A DNA stretch of 64,000 bases. Origin: an uncultured Acidobacteriota bacterium. GTDB taxonomy: Bacteria > Acidobacteriota > Terriglobia > UBA7540. The stretch is taken from positions 992,001 through 1,056,000 of the forward strand of contig CAWDSK010000005.1 of assembly GCA_963804995.1 (NCBI GenBank), read 5' to 3'. Shown piece after piece: positions 1-9,820 of the stretch. The notes under the pieces are model-generated. The model worked only from the letters and a program-made list of their open reading frames with translations, searched no databases and had not been told where the DNA came from. Each line of letters starts with the position of its first letter. The first letter of the stretch is position 1. Position numbers and translations under genes: made by a program.

Positions 1-245
1 AGTAGCACAAGATTCTTCTAAAAAGACAAGAAATTACGGTATTGCATAGCAGAGCGCGTTTGGTGCGGCAGCGACCTCAGAGGCTGCGGCTCCGCGTCTC
101 GACTCGCCCAGGTTGTGGGACCTGATAGCTCTGGTTCTGCTTACGGCTTCGTCCCGGGCAAAGACTTGAGTCCGTTCAAAAGGCCCGTCTCGAAATCTAA
201 AGCCGCGCGCCTGGCAAAGTCGAAGCGGGGCGCAAGGGAGAGAAA

Positions 246-530
246 ATGCAGTCTGCTTTCCGAAAAGTAGCCCTTCTGGCGTTCATGCTATGTGCATTGG
301 CCTGGCCCGTGGGCTTGACCGCGCCAGCGCAGCAGAAACTTAAGAACCCCGTGATCCCATTTCACAAGACCAACGCGAGCCCGGCCCCGGCGGCTGGGCT
401 TCCAGACCGGGCGCCAAAGCCCAAAGTGAAGAAGAACTCGATAGATGGTCTTAAATACGTGTGGGTACCCCCGGGAACATTTATGATGGGCTGCTCGCCA
501 GGGGACAATGAGTGTGTCGACAATGAATCG
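246..530 (+). pseudogene. N-terminal fragment of a secreted formylglycine-generating enzyme (SUMF1/FGE-sulfatase) family protein
   Basis: Signal peptide, then DGLKYVWVPPGTFMMGCSPGDNEC, the typical start of the FGE-sulfatase domain. Similarity stops after about VDNES and the rest of the ORF looks non-coding. Confidence 0.55.
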
Positions 531-660
531 CAGGCCGCCGTCGCTTTGCAGGTTGCCATGGTATTTGGCGCTGATATGATTGGCCGCCGAGCCGCCTTTT
601 CTTATTTGAAGATTCAGGCCGAATGCTGCAACCTATCGGGAAATCCAAAGGGGTGCTCCA

Positions 661-1434
661 ATGATCGATACAAATGTCGATTTGTTTCGCTGGCCCTTCC
701 GCCGCTTGGCAGGGGATGATCCCGCCGACCTCGTGGCCCGGCTTCGCCAGAAGGGGGTGACGCAGGCCTGGGCGGGCAGTTTCGAAGGGGTGCTGCATCG
801 GGATGTGGAGGGCGTGAACCGGCGCCTGGCCGCCGCGTGCCGCGAGCATGGGCCGAATTTCCTGCTCCCCTTCGGCACCGTCAATCCCAAGGAGCCCGAC
901 TGGCAGGAAGATTTAAGACGCTGCCAGGAAGTGCACAAGATGCCGGGCATTCGTTTGCACCCGGACTATCACGCTTACGGGCTCGATGATCCGGCGGCTG
1001 CCGAGTTGTTTTCCCTGGCGGCGAAGCGCAACCTCGTGGTCCAGATTGCTTACGGCATGGAGGACCCCCGCACCCAGTTTCCGCTCATGCTGGTGCCGCC
1101 CGTGGACCTCCGCCCTCTGCCTAATGTGGTAAGGAACACCCCGAGTCTGCGTGTCGAAGTGCTCAACTGGGGGCACTGGGGCGACGGCCGCGCCGGTAAC
1201 TTGAATGAGATGGGCAAGATTGAGAACATCTATTTCGATATTGCCATGACGGAGAAAGTGGGCGGAGTCGCGCGCCTGATTGCGGATACTTCACCTTCGC
1301 GTGTGGTGTTTGGTTCGCACTATCCCTTTTTGTATTTCGATTCCGCGGTGCTGAAGGTGCGGGAAGCAGGCCTTACCGATGAGCAGGCCCATGCGGTGCT
1401 GGAAGGCAATGCCCGCACGTTGCTCAAGGGGTAA
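661..1434 (+). CDS. Amidohydrolase_2 family protein, degenerate metal site (paralog of 2436-3209)
   Basis: GIRLHPDYH and RVVFGSHYPF motifs. The first-strand HxH is replaced by DTNVD. Confidence 0.8.
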   Translation: MIDTNVDLFRWPFRRLAGDDPADLVARLRQKGVTQAWAGSFEGVLHRDVEGVNRRLAAACREHGPNFLLPFGTVNPKEPDWQEDLRRCQEVHKMPGIRLHPDYHAYGLDDPAAAELFSLAAKRNLVVQIAYGMEDPRTQFPLMLVPPVDLRPLPNVVRNTPSLRVEVLNWGHWGDGRAGNLNEMGKIENIYFDIAMTEKVGGVARLIADTSPSRVVFGSHYPFLYFDSAVLKVREAGLTDEQAHAVLEGNARTLLKG

Positions 1435-1467
1435 GACTTTCTATCGAATCGGTTGGGAGGTTTACTT

Positions 1468-2439
1468 ATGAAGAAAAAGAGCGTGTCTCGTCGTGAGTTC
1501 TTGCAGCGGACTTCCGCGGGCCTCGCTGTTGCCGGTGTGGGGAGCGCAGCGGCAATCGACAATCCCAAGTCCGCACCACAAACCAAGACACCGCAGGCCC
1601 CGGAGCATGGGGTGGCGATCGAGGACGTGGGGAGCCGGCTCAAGTCCTACCACATCTGGGATGTGCATACCCACCTCAACCGGTTCGCGGGCGCGACGAC
1701 GGAGGAGAAGGTGGACGATTGCCTCCGTTGGGCCGACCACATGGGGGTCGAGCGCATGCTGCTGCTTACGGCGGGTTCCGGTGGACGCGACCCGGATGCC
1801 GAAGGAATGCACGCGATGAACGATGAGTGCATCAAGGCTGTTAAGAAGGCTCCGGACCGCTTCTTCGGCTGCGCTTTCATGAATCCCATTTACGGGCAGG
1901 CCTGTATCGATGAGATCAACCGCTGCGTGCGCGACGGTCCTCTGGTGGGCCTGAAATTTGAATTTGATACGGTTCGCCTGGCGAGCTCGCCGGAGATGGA
2001 TCCCATCATCGCGCGCATCGGCGAGCTGTACGGCGTGGTCATGCAGCACACCTTCATCGAGACCGGCGGGAATTTTCTCGGGGAATCGACGCCAGTGGAA
2101 TTGGCTGAACTGGCGCGGCGCCATTCCTCCGTGAGTATTTTCTGCGGCCACACGGGAGGCACTTGGGAAGTGGGAATCCGCGGTATGAAGGGAGTTCCGA
2201 ACCTCTACTCCGACCTGTCGGGGTCTGATCCCATGGCGGGCTTTACGGAGATGGCGGTCCGCGAGCTGGGTCCCGAGCGCGTTCTGTATGGCAGCGACAT
2301 CGAGGGGCGCAGCTTTGCCTCGCAGATCAGCAAGGTGCTGGGCGCGAACCTTCCGGAGTCCACGCGCCGCCTTATCCTGGGCGGAAACATGCGCCGCTTG
2401 ATGGAACCGGTGATGAAAGCCAGGGGGATGAAGATATGA
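1468..2439 (+). CDS. Amidohydrolase_2 family metal-dependent hydrolase with Tat signal
   Basis: SRREFLQ twin-arginine motif, DVHTH, VMQH, CGHTGG, RVLYGSD. RBS GGAGG upstream. Confidence 0.85.
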   Translation: MKKKSVSRREFLQRTSAGLAVAGVGSAAAIDNPKSAPQTKTPQAPEHGVAIEDVGSRLKSYHIWDVHTHLNRFAGATTEEKVDDCLRWADHMGVERMLLLTAGSGGRDPDAEGMHAMNDECIKAVKKAPDRFFGCAFMNPIYGQACIDEINRCVRDGPLVGLKFEFDTVRLASSPEMDPIIARIGELYGVVMQHTFIETGGNFLGESTPVELAELARRHSSVSIFCGHTGGTWEVGIRGMKGVPNLYSDLSGSDPMAGFTEMAVRELGPERVLYGSDIEGRSFASQISKVLGANLPESTRRLILGGNMRRLMEPVMKARGMKI

Positions 2440-3209
2440 TCGATACCAATGTGAATCTTTTTCAATGGCCTTTCCGCCGTTTGGCGGGCGATGATCCTGC
2501 TAGCCTGGTTGCCAACCTGCGCAAGAAGGGCGTGACCGAGGCCTGGGCGTGCGGCTACGAAAGCCTGTTGTACCGGGATACGGCGGGGGTGAATGCGCGC
2601 CTGGCCGCCGCCTGCCGGCAACACGGGCCGAACTTTCTGGTACCCTTTGGCAGCATCAACCCCAGGCTGCCGGGCTGGCAGGAAGACGTTGAGCGCTGCG
2701 TTGAAGTGCACAAGATGCCGGGCATTCGCCTGCATCCGAACTATCACGGCTACATGCTGGACGATCCGGCAGTGGCCGAGCTTCTGGGTCTGGCGGTCGC
2801 GAAGAATCTGGTGGTGCAGATCGCCATCTCCATGGAGGACGTGCGGGTGCAATTCCCGCTCATGAAGGTTCCCCCCGTGGACCCGGGACCGCTGGTTGAC
2901 CTGCTGAAGCGCACCCCCGCCCTGCGCGTGCAACTCCTGAACGCTGGATATCATGGTGGCGTCAATACCGAGCACTTGGCCGAAATCACGAAGCTTGAGA
3001 ATGTCTACTTTGATTTCACCTGTCAGGAAGGCGTGGGCGGGGTCGCGAAGCTGATCGCGCAAAGCTCTCCGAAGCGCGTGGTCTTCGGGTCCCACTATCC
3101 CTTCTTCTATTTTGAATCGTCGTTACTGAAGGTTTACGAGGCGCACCTGCCGGCGGATCAGGAGGAAGCAGTGCTGGAAGGCAACGCCCGCGTCCTGATG
3201 GGACGTTGA
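2436..3209 (+). CDS. Amidohydrolase_2 family protein, degenerate metal site (paralog of 661-1434)
   Basis: ATGA overlap with the upstream gene. DTNVN, GIRLHPNYH, RVVFGSHYPF. Confidence 0.8.
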   Translation: MIDTNVNLFQWPFRRLAGDDPASLVANLRKKGVTEAWACGYESLLYRDTAGVNARLAAACRQHGPNFLVPFGSINPRLPGWQEDVERCVEVHKMPGIRLHPNYHGYMLDDPAVAELLGLAVAKNLVVQIAISMEDVRVQFPLMKVPPVDPGPLVDLLKRTPALRVQLLNAGYHGGVNTEHLAEITKLENVYFDFTCQEGVGGVAKLIAQSSPKRVVFGSHYPFFYFESSLLKVYEAHLPADQEEAVLEGNARVLMGR

Positions 3210-3343
3210 AACTTGAGAGTGTCAGCCTGCCCGTGCAAGCCTCATGCAGGGCTCCGTCCAAGTCGAGCACGTCCAGGTTGAGCAATTGCTTGCTGAGGTC
3301 AAAAGCGCTACCATGACGCCGATTCTCACTCGCGGAGCCTGGC

Positions 3344-4538
3344 ATGAACAGTGCATCCACACCGGCTGAAGTGGTTGAGAGCGGAACTGCCGCCGCTCCC
3401 CCCTTGAAAGCCAAAGAGCGGTTACTGTCCCTTGATATCTTTCGCGGTATGACCCTTATTGCTATGACTATGGTGAACATGCCCGGCGACGAGCATTTTA
3501 GCTACGCGCCGTTCACGCATGTCCGATGGAATGGCTGGACGATCGCGGATCTGATTTTCCCCTTCTTCATTTTTATTGTGGGCGTCGCCATGCCGTATTC
3601 CTTTGCCGGGCGGCTGGCGCGGGGGGAATCGAAGGGAAAGCTCGTCGCTCATATTCTGCTGCGCACCACGATCCTGTTCGCGGTCGGTGTCTTCATGAAC
3701 TGGTATACAAATTTCATGGGTGGCACTGACAGGTATCATCTCGCGAATATCCGCATTTTTGGCGCGCTGCAAAGAATTGCCCTATGTTATTTCTTCGCCT
3801 CACTTCTCTATTTGAAGCTCAAGCCGAAGGGCCTGGCGATAACCTCCGCCACCATCCTGGTGCTTTACTTCATCCTCCTCAAATTCATTCCGGTTCCCGG
3901 CCACGGAGCCGGAGTGCTGGTAAGGGACGGCAACTGGGTGCAGTTCATCGATCTCCACCTCATGCCCGGGCACCTGGGCAGCGCCACATGGGAATCAAAA
4001 GGATTTTTGGGGACCTTGCCCGTGCTGGCCGGCATGCTGATCGGCGTGCTGGCGGGACTGTATTTGCGGTCCGCCCACTCGGCCATGGAAAAAGTCCGCG
4101 CCTTTCTGGTGGCGGGAAACGTGGGGCTTCTGCTGGGTTTGATTTGGAATGTATGGCTGCCCATCAACCAGAACTTGTGGACCAGTTCGCTTGTGGTTTT
4201 CATCTCAGGCATGGCTCTGGTCATCCTGGCGTGCTGCTACTATCTGGCGGACGTTCCGGAAAATCACCTGGTGGACGAAACCCTTTGTCATCGTCGGGGT
4301 CAATTCACTTTTCCTCTGGGTACTGGGTGGCGACGGCAGTTCCGTGACCAACCTGGAACTCATCAGAATCCATCTGGGGAACGGCACACAGGTTTCCTTG
4401 AAGACGTTGATCTACAATTTCCTCGCTGCACGGGTCGGCCCGGCCAACGGCTCCGAGCTGTACGCGGCTGCTTGGATGGCTCTGTGGCTGGGAATCCTCG
4501 CGATCATGTATAGGAAGCGAATCTTCATCAAGATATGA
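3344..4538 (+). CDS. Heparan-alpha-glucosaminide N-acetyltransferase-like membrane protein (NagX/DUF5009), +1 frameshift near 4256
   Basis: RLLSLDIFRG, WNGWTIADLIFPFFIFIVG, GALQRIA, PINQNLWTSS. The C-terminus MYRKRIFIKI lies in the other frame (4149-4538). Removing one C at 4256-4257 restores DVRKITWW. Confidence 0.8.
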
Positions 4539-4669
4539 TGGGGCGGCGCTGATCGCGCCGTGGGGCTTCAACAAATCCCAAAGGCAAGGCAGGCCCCGGC
4601 TGAGGCCGACGCCTACTCTTCCGTTCTGCGGCATTCGCGGTGTGTCTACTCTGAATTGAGGAGGTTTCT

Positions 4670-5563
4670 ATGTTAAGGAAATTTGCAGCACGCGTCGTGG
4701 CGATAATGGCGGTGGGAATCATCCTGATCGTCGGTATCTCGGCTTCTGCCCAGACCCCCAAGAAGGTTTACATCGAAACCGACATGGAGGGAGTAGACGG
4801 GATTTTCGATTTCGAAATGCAATGCATTCCCTTCAAGAGCCCGCGCTGGAGCGAATCCATCAAGCTGCTCACGGACGAAATCAATGCGGCGGTCGACGGC
4901 CTGCTTGAGGGCGGCGCCACCGACGTCTACATTGGCGACAATCACACCGGCAGCGGCATCCTCTCCGTCATGGATATTCACCCCAAGGCCAAACTCATTA
5001 CGGGATTCCACAGCAAGCCTTCGACCCTTGGGCTCGATCCCTCTTTCAGCGCCATGATTTTTATCGGCCGGCACGCCATGTCGGGGGCGGAGAAGGGAAT
5101 TCTTGCCCACACCAATTCGCTCGATTGGCGGAATGTGTGGGTCAACAACGTGCCCGTGGGCGAGTTCGGATTATGTGCGCTGGTGGGAGCAAGTTTTGGA
5201 GTTCCCACCATTATGGTTTCCGGCGACACCGCCGCCTGCAAGGAGGCTGATAAACTCATTCCGGGAATTGAGTGCGCGGAAGTGAAGTCAGGATTCAACG
5301 CGACTTCAGGGATCATGCTTTCGCACCCCGCCGCGCTGGCCTTGATTCACCAGAAAGCCCGCCGTGCCATGGAACGCTTGCCGGAGTTCAAGCCCTATAA
5401 ACTCGAGAGTCCGGTGGAGATAAAGGTCCAGCTAACTCACGAGTTGGGTGAAACTTCTAACTTGGGTATGCTCTCCCGCGGCGCGGAGGAAGAGCCGGAT
5501 TGGATTTACGTGTTTCGCGGTAAGGATTATCTGGAGGCTTGCCGGAAGTTGGAAGGCCGCTGA
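4670..5563 (+). CDS. Peptidase M55 family D-aminopeptidase (DppA-like) with N-terminal signal peptide
   Basis: KVYIETDMEG, EINAAVDG, GDNH, IGRHAMSG, ILAHT, GEFG, MVSGD. RBS GAGGAGG. Confidence 0.85.
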   Translation: MLRKFAARVVAIMAVGIILIVGISASAQTPKKVYIETDMEGVDGIFDFEMQCIPFKSPRWSESIKLLTDEINAAVDGLLEGGATDVYIGDNHTGSGILSVMDIHPKAKLITGFHSKPSTLGLDPSFSAMIFIGRHAMSGAEKGILAHTNSLDWRNVWVNNVPVGEFGLCALVGASFGVPTIMVSGDTAACKEADKLIPGIECAEVKSGFNATSGIMLSHPAALALIHQKARRAMERLPEFKPYKLESPVEIKVQLTHELGETSNLGMLSRGAEEEPDWIYVFRGKDYLEACRKLEGR

Positions 5564-5639
5564 GGGGAGCAGCCTGCATGGGCGTTACGGCCTGCCGTCC
5601 CGTCCCGGCTCGATCGCTCGATAACGATGAAAAACGACT

Positions 5640-5850
5640 GTAGCGCGGACCTCCGCTGTTGAGGTCCGCGGTCCTTCATGAGCCACCGAATCAGAGGCCA
5701 GTTCCCAACAGAGGATTTTCGAACGAAGAGCCGCGGACCTCAAAGGCGGAGGTCCGCGCTACGCTTGCTCAACGATGAAAGCAATCCGTGGATTCGGTGG
5801 CATGAATCTAACGAAGAACCGCAGCCCTCAAAGGCGGAGGTCTGCGCTAC
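5640..5850. repeat. Cluster of three GTAG-type REP-like palindromes
   Basis: GTAGCGCRGACCTCCGCYKTTGAGGTCYGCGG in both orientations between convergent genes. Same family as 9367-9624. Confidence 0.85.
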
Positions 5851-5897
5851 GTTTCCTGTGGCGCGAGCGGCCCGCCGCCGCCCCCAGCGACAATCCC

Positions 5898-8256
5898 CTA
5901 CGGAGTCACCTTCAACACTCCCTGCAAAACTATATCCGCCGAAGATTTTCCCACCATGATCTCAAACTCACCCGGCACGACCCGCCAGTGCATATCAATG
6001 TCGAGCAATTGGAGATCCTCAGGGCCAAGCTTCAAAGTCACGGTTTTGGTTTGTCCGGGGTCAAGCGCCACGCGCTCAAATCCCCGGAGTTGCTTGACGG
6101 GAGTTGAAACCGGGGCATATTTCTCGTGGATATAGAGCTGGACGGTTTCCACGCCGGCCCGGTCTCCGGTGTTTTTCACGCCCACGCTGATGCGCGCTTC
6201 GCCCGCGGGATGGATCTCCGGCGACTCAATCTTCAGATTGCTATACTCAAAGTTGGTATAGCTCATCCCATAGCCAAAGGGATAGAGCGGCGTCGCGGGC
6301 ATATCGGCGTAACCGCGCCGCATCCAGTACGCCTTGGAGGGTTTGTAATTGTAATACATGGGCAATTGGCCGGAATGCCGGGGGACGGTAATCGCCAGGC
6401 GGCCCGAGGGGTTGTAATTCCCAAAGAGTACATCCGCCACCGCTTCGCCGCCGCGCTCACCGGGTTCCCAGGCTTCCACCAGGGCCGGCACGTGCTCCGA
6501 CGTCCAGCGTGTGGAAAGCGGCCGGCCGTTAATAAGCACCACCACGGTGGGAGTCCCCGTCTCAAAGACCGCCTGAATCAGCTCTTCCTGGACTCCCGAA
6601 AGATCCAGGCTGGCCACGTCGCTCCCTTCACCGTCAGTGGGCCGGCCGTGGCGGTCGCCTCCGTTCGTCTCGTGTTGCCGTTCTCCCACCACCACGATGG
6701 CGACGTCGGCGCCCTTGGCTGCCTTCACGGCGTCGGCAAACCCGCTCTTATCCGTGCCCGTAACTTCACAGCCGCGCACCGCGGTGACTTTGGTTTGCGC
6801 CGAGACCGCGCCCTTGATTCCCTCGATCACGGTGGTCACGTGTTGCAGAACTTTCTTCGGCGAATAATCGCCCAGTTGATTCATCACATCGTCGGCATTG
6901 GGGCCGATCACCGCCACGGATTTCAAATCCTTCTTCAGCGGCAACAGGTTTTTTTCATTCTTGAGTAGCACAATGCCCTCGCGGCCTGCCCGCAGAGCCA
7001 GGTCCTGATGCGCTTTCGAGTGCACCACCTGGACGGCGTGGTCCACATCGACGTAGGGATTCTCAAACAGGCCCAGGTTGAACTTCTGCTCCAGGACTCT
7101 GCGCAGAGCGCGATCGACCAGCGCCATGGGGACTCGGCCCTCCTCCACGCTCTCGACCAGCGGTCCCATGTAGGCAGGCTCGAAACTGATGCCGACATCG
7201 ACGCCGGCCTTGAGTGCCAGCAGGCCCGCTTCTTTTTGGGTGGGGACGATTTGCTCGTAAACGATGGTCCCCAGCCCTCCCCCTTCGCCCACCACGATTC
7301 CCTTGAAGCCGATATCGTTCCGGAGGATATTGTTCATCCACTTCTCGGAAGCGTGCGACGGTACATCTTCGATTTCCGGGTACCCCGCCATCACGCCTAA
7401 AGCTCCGGCCTTGGTAATGCCGCCAATCCAGGGAAGCATGTCGTTCTCGCGCAGCGAGCGTTCCGACATCTCGATAGCACCGCGCTCGAGACCCGCTGAC
7501 GGGCTCGCTTTGCGTGGGGAAATCCGTCAACAAGGCGATGACCTTGTCGGGCCGCGAAATATCAGGGCCTTGCGCGCCGTGCACAAGGGCTTCGCCGATG
7601 CGCATGTAGAGGTAGGGGTCTTCCGTGTAAGCTTCCTCGTTTCGGCCCATGCGCGGATCACGATCCAGTTCCATCACCAGGGTGGAGAGGATGTGGATTC
7701 CGACCGCCCGCGATTCCGCTGCGGCAGCCGCGTAGACGTCGTGCACCAAGTCGAGGTCGAAGGAGCTGCCGATGGCCAGGCCCTCCGGATAAACCGTGGC
7801 GCCGGGGAACATGCCCCCGTGCGTGCCTTCTTCATCTTCCATTACCGGAATCTTCAAGCGCGTCTGGGTGAGCGCGATCTTTTGCAGCTCGTTGAAGTAT
7901 TCCGCCTGCTGGCGTGCGCCTTCTTGCAGAATCTCATTGGCGAGCGTGAAGAAACCGCAGGCGGGCCCGATCTCATTGACGTAAGTTCCGGCGGTGAATT
8001 TCCGGCACGCCTCTTGCTTAGCGGGAATGGTTCTGCCCAGCTCACCCACATAAACACAAGGTAAGTTGAGTTGCCCGACTTTTTCCTTCAGCGTCATCCG
8101 GCTCATCAAGTCGTCGATTCGCTCCTCGACCGTGCGTTTCGGATCGAGGTAGATAGGCATTTGGCCTACGGCCTGAGCGAGGATCATCGAGATCGATCCC
8201 AACGTCACGCTGGCAGCCACCACCGACCACCCAAAAGTTCTCTTCCGCATCGTCAT
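5898..8256 (-). CDS. GH3 beta-glucosidase/xylosidase, +1 frameshift near 7493
   Basis: MTLKEKVGQL, RDPRMGRNEEAYTEDPYL, GIVLLKNEKNLLPL, GNYNPSGRL, PLYPFGYGMSYT, Fn3-like tail. Split across ORFs 7063-8256 and 5898-7469. Removing one base at 7492-7494 restores VSGLERGAIEMSER. Confidence 0.85.
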
Positions 8257-8301
8257 TACCTCCGGAGGGCCAGGTGATCTGGCCCGAATTCTATAATTGC
8301 G

Positions 8302-9327
8302 TCACCCCAAATACTCCTTCATCAAACTGATATACCGCCGGCACACATCCTTCATTTCGTTGGCTGCCCCGTCCTGCTCGAGCGATAGGAAGCCCGTGAA
8401 GCCAATTGCCTTCGCCGCGTCCGCGATGGCTTTCAGGTCCATCACCCCGTCGCCAATGGGCACATATTCGCGCATCCGGGCGTCAATGTCACGCAGGTGA
8501 AGGTTCATCAGGTGCCGGTTCGCCTTGTGAATGGCCACCGGAGGGTACTCGCGCTGATTCATGGCCCAACCACAATCGAGGTTGAAGCCAAAAGCCGGAT
8601 CGTGCACGGAGTCCCAGAGGCGCAGGAAACTGTCCGTAACCGGCATCATCGTGTGCGTGTGGTTTTCGATGGAAAACCTCAGCCCTTCTGACTTGGCGCG
8701 CTCCAGACAATCCTTGATAGTCTGAACGAAAAGGCTCCACAGCTTGTCATAATCGTATCCCGGAGCAATTTCGATGTGGAACTTGTCGCCGGGTTTGCCA
8801 TCGCCCATGAAGTAGCGGGGCAGGTAGCCGCTCGTCGAAGTCAGTTCCCGCGCCCAGGGCGCCACAATATTCACCATGGGAGCCCCCAGCTTCTTGGCGA
8901 TGCGGCACCCCTTTTCAAAGTAGTCTAGGCTGACCTTCCTCTCCTCCGGGTTGGTGCTGGTCAGGCCCTCCACCACGGGCTGGAAAAAGGGATACTGATT
9001 GACCACCAGCCGATTCCGCTCGAGTTGTTTCTTGATGCGGTCAATCGTTGCGTCCGTCCAATATTCGTCAACATCCATGCGGGAGTTGGCGATCAGTTCC
9101 ACGCCCTCGAACCCCAGACTGCCAATAATGTCGATGGCCTCCTCCGGGTGAGCGCCGGGACCAAGGCTATGGAAATTCCAGCTCACACATCCGATTTTGG
9201 CGTGCCGCTTGCCTGTTTCCACCGGAGGCTGCGCAGGCGGAACCGCCCCCGCAGCGGGTGCGCCACCACTTGCCATCAAAGAATAACTGCCGACACCTAG
9301 AACCGAAATGAATTCGCGACGTTTCAT
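8302..9327 (-). CDS. Sugar phosphate isomerase/epimerase (IolE/XylA-like TIM barrel) with Tat signal
   Basis: KRREFIS, GFEGVEL, SIENH, NLDCG, LHLRD, SLEQD. Confidence 0.85.
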   Translation of the reverse strand: MKRREFISVLGVGSYSLMASGGAPAAGAVPPAQPPVETGKRHAKIGCVSWNFHSLGPGAHPEEAIDIIGSLGFEGVELIANSRMDVDEYWTDATIDRIKKQLERNRLVVNQYPFFQPVVEGLTSTNPEERKVSLDYFEKGCRIAKKLGAPMVNIVAPWARELTSTSGYLPRYFMGDGKPGDKFHIEIAPGYDYDKLWSLFVQTIKDCLERAKSEGLRFSIENHTHTMMPVTDSFLRLWDSVHDPAFGFNLDCGWAMNQREYPPVAIHKANRHLMNLHLRDIDARMREYVPIGDGVMDLKAIADAAKAIGFTGFLSLEQDGAANEMKDVCRRYISLMKEYLG

Positions 9328-9366
9328 GAATTGTCTCCTTGTGCACCACTTGACCTACAACCAACC

Positions 9367-9624
9367 GTAGCGCAGACCTCCGCCTTTGAGGTCTGCGGTT
9401 CTTCATTAGCCACCGAATCCGAGGTCACCTTCCGCCAGAGATTTTTCGCACGAAGTGCTCCTTGTAAATTTCCGGGCCCATAAGTTGAAAAGTTAGGATG
9501 TGTAGCGCAGACCTCCGCTGTTGAGGTCTGCGGTTCTTCATTAGCCGTTAAATCCGAGGTCACCTCCTGCCAGAGAGTTTTCGCACGAAGAGCCGCGGAC
9601 CTCAAAGGCGGAGGTCCGCGCTAC
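9367..9624. repeat. Cluster of three GTAG-type REP-like palindromes with repeated linkers
   Basis: Copies at about 9367, 9502 and 9593 (inverted). The linker TCATTAGCC..AATCCGAGGTCACC..GCCAGAGA..TTTCGCACGAAG is also repeated. Confidence 0.85.
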
Positions 9625-9693
9625 GATCCCTCCACTAGGCGAACAATATGAATGCCTAGCCCACTCCCAGTAGTCGAGTTAGCAAATTCCCTA

Positions 9694-9763
9694 GCCCTCT
9701 CCGAGGGGAGAGGGTGGCCCGCTGCCGGCGCTTTCACCAGCCGGAGCGGGACGGGTGAGGGGT
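9694..9763. repeat. Palindromic dispersed repeat (CCCTCTCCGAGGGGAGAGGGTGG family)
   Basis: Near-identical to the cores at 36552-36622 and 49616-49686. Confidence 0.8.
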
Positions 9764-9820
9764 TACGTCTCGTCGCGCTACACTCGCTGCGGATGAATCG
9801 GGGCCTCACTCATCAAAACC

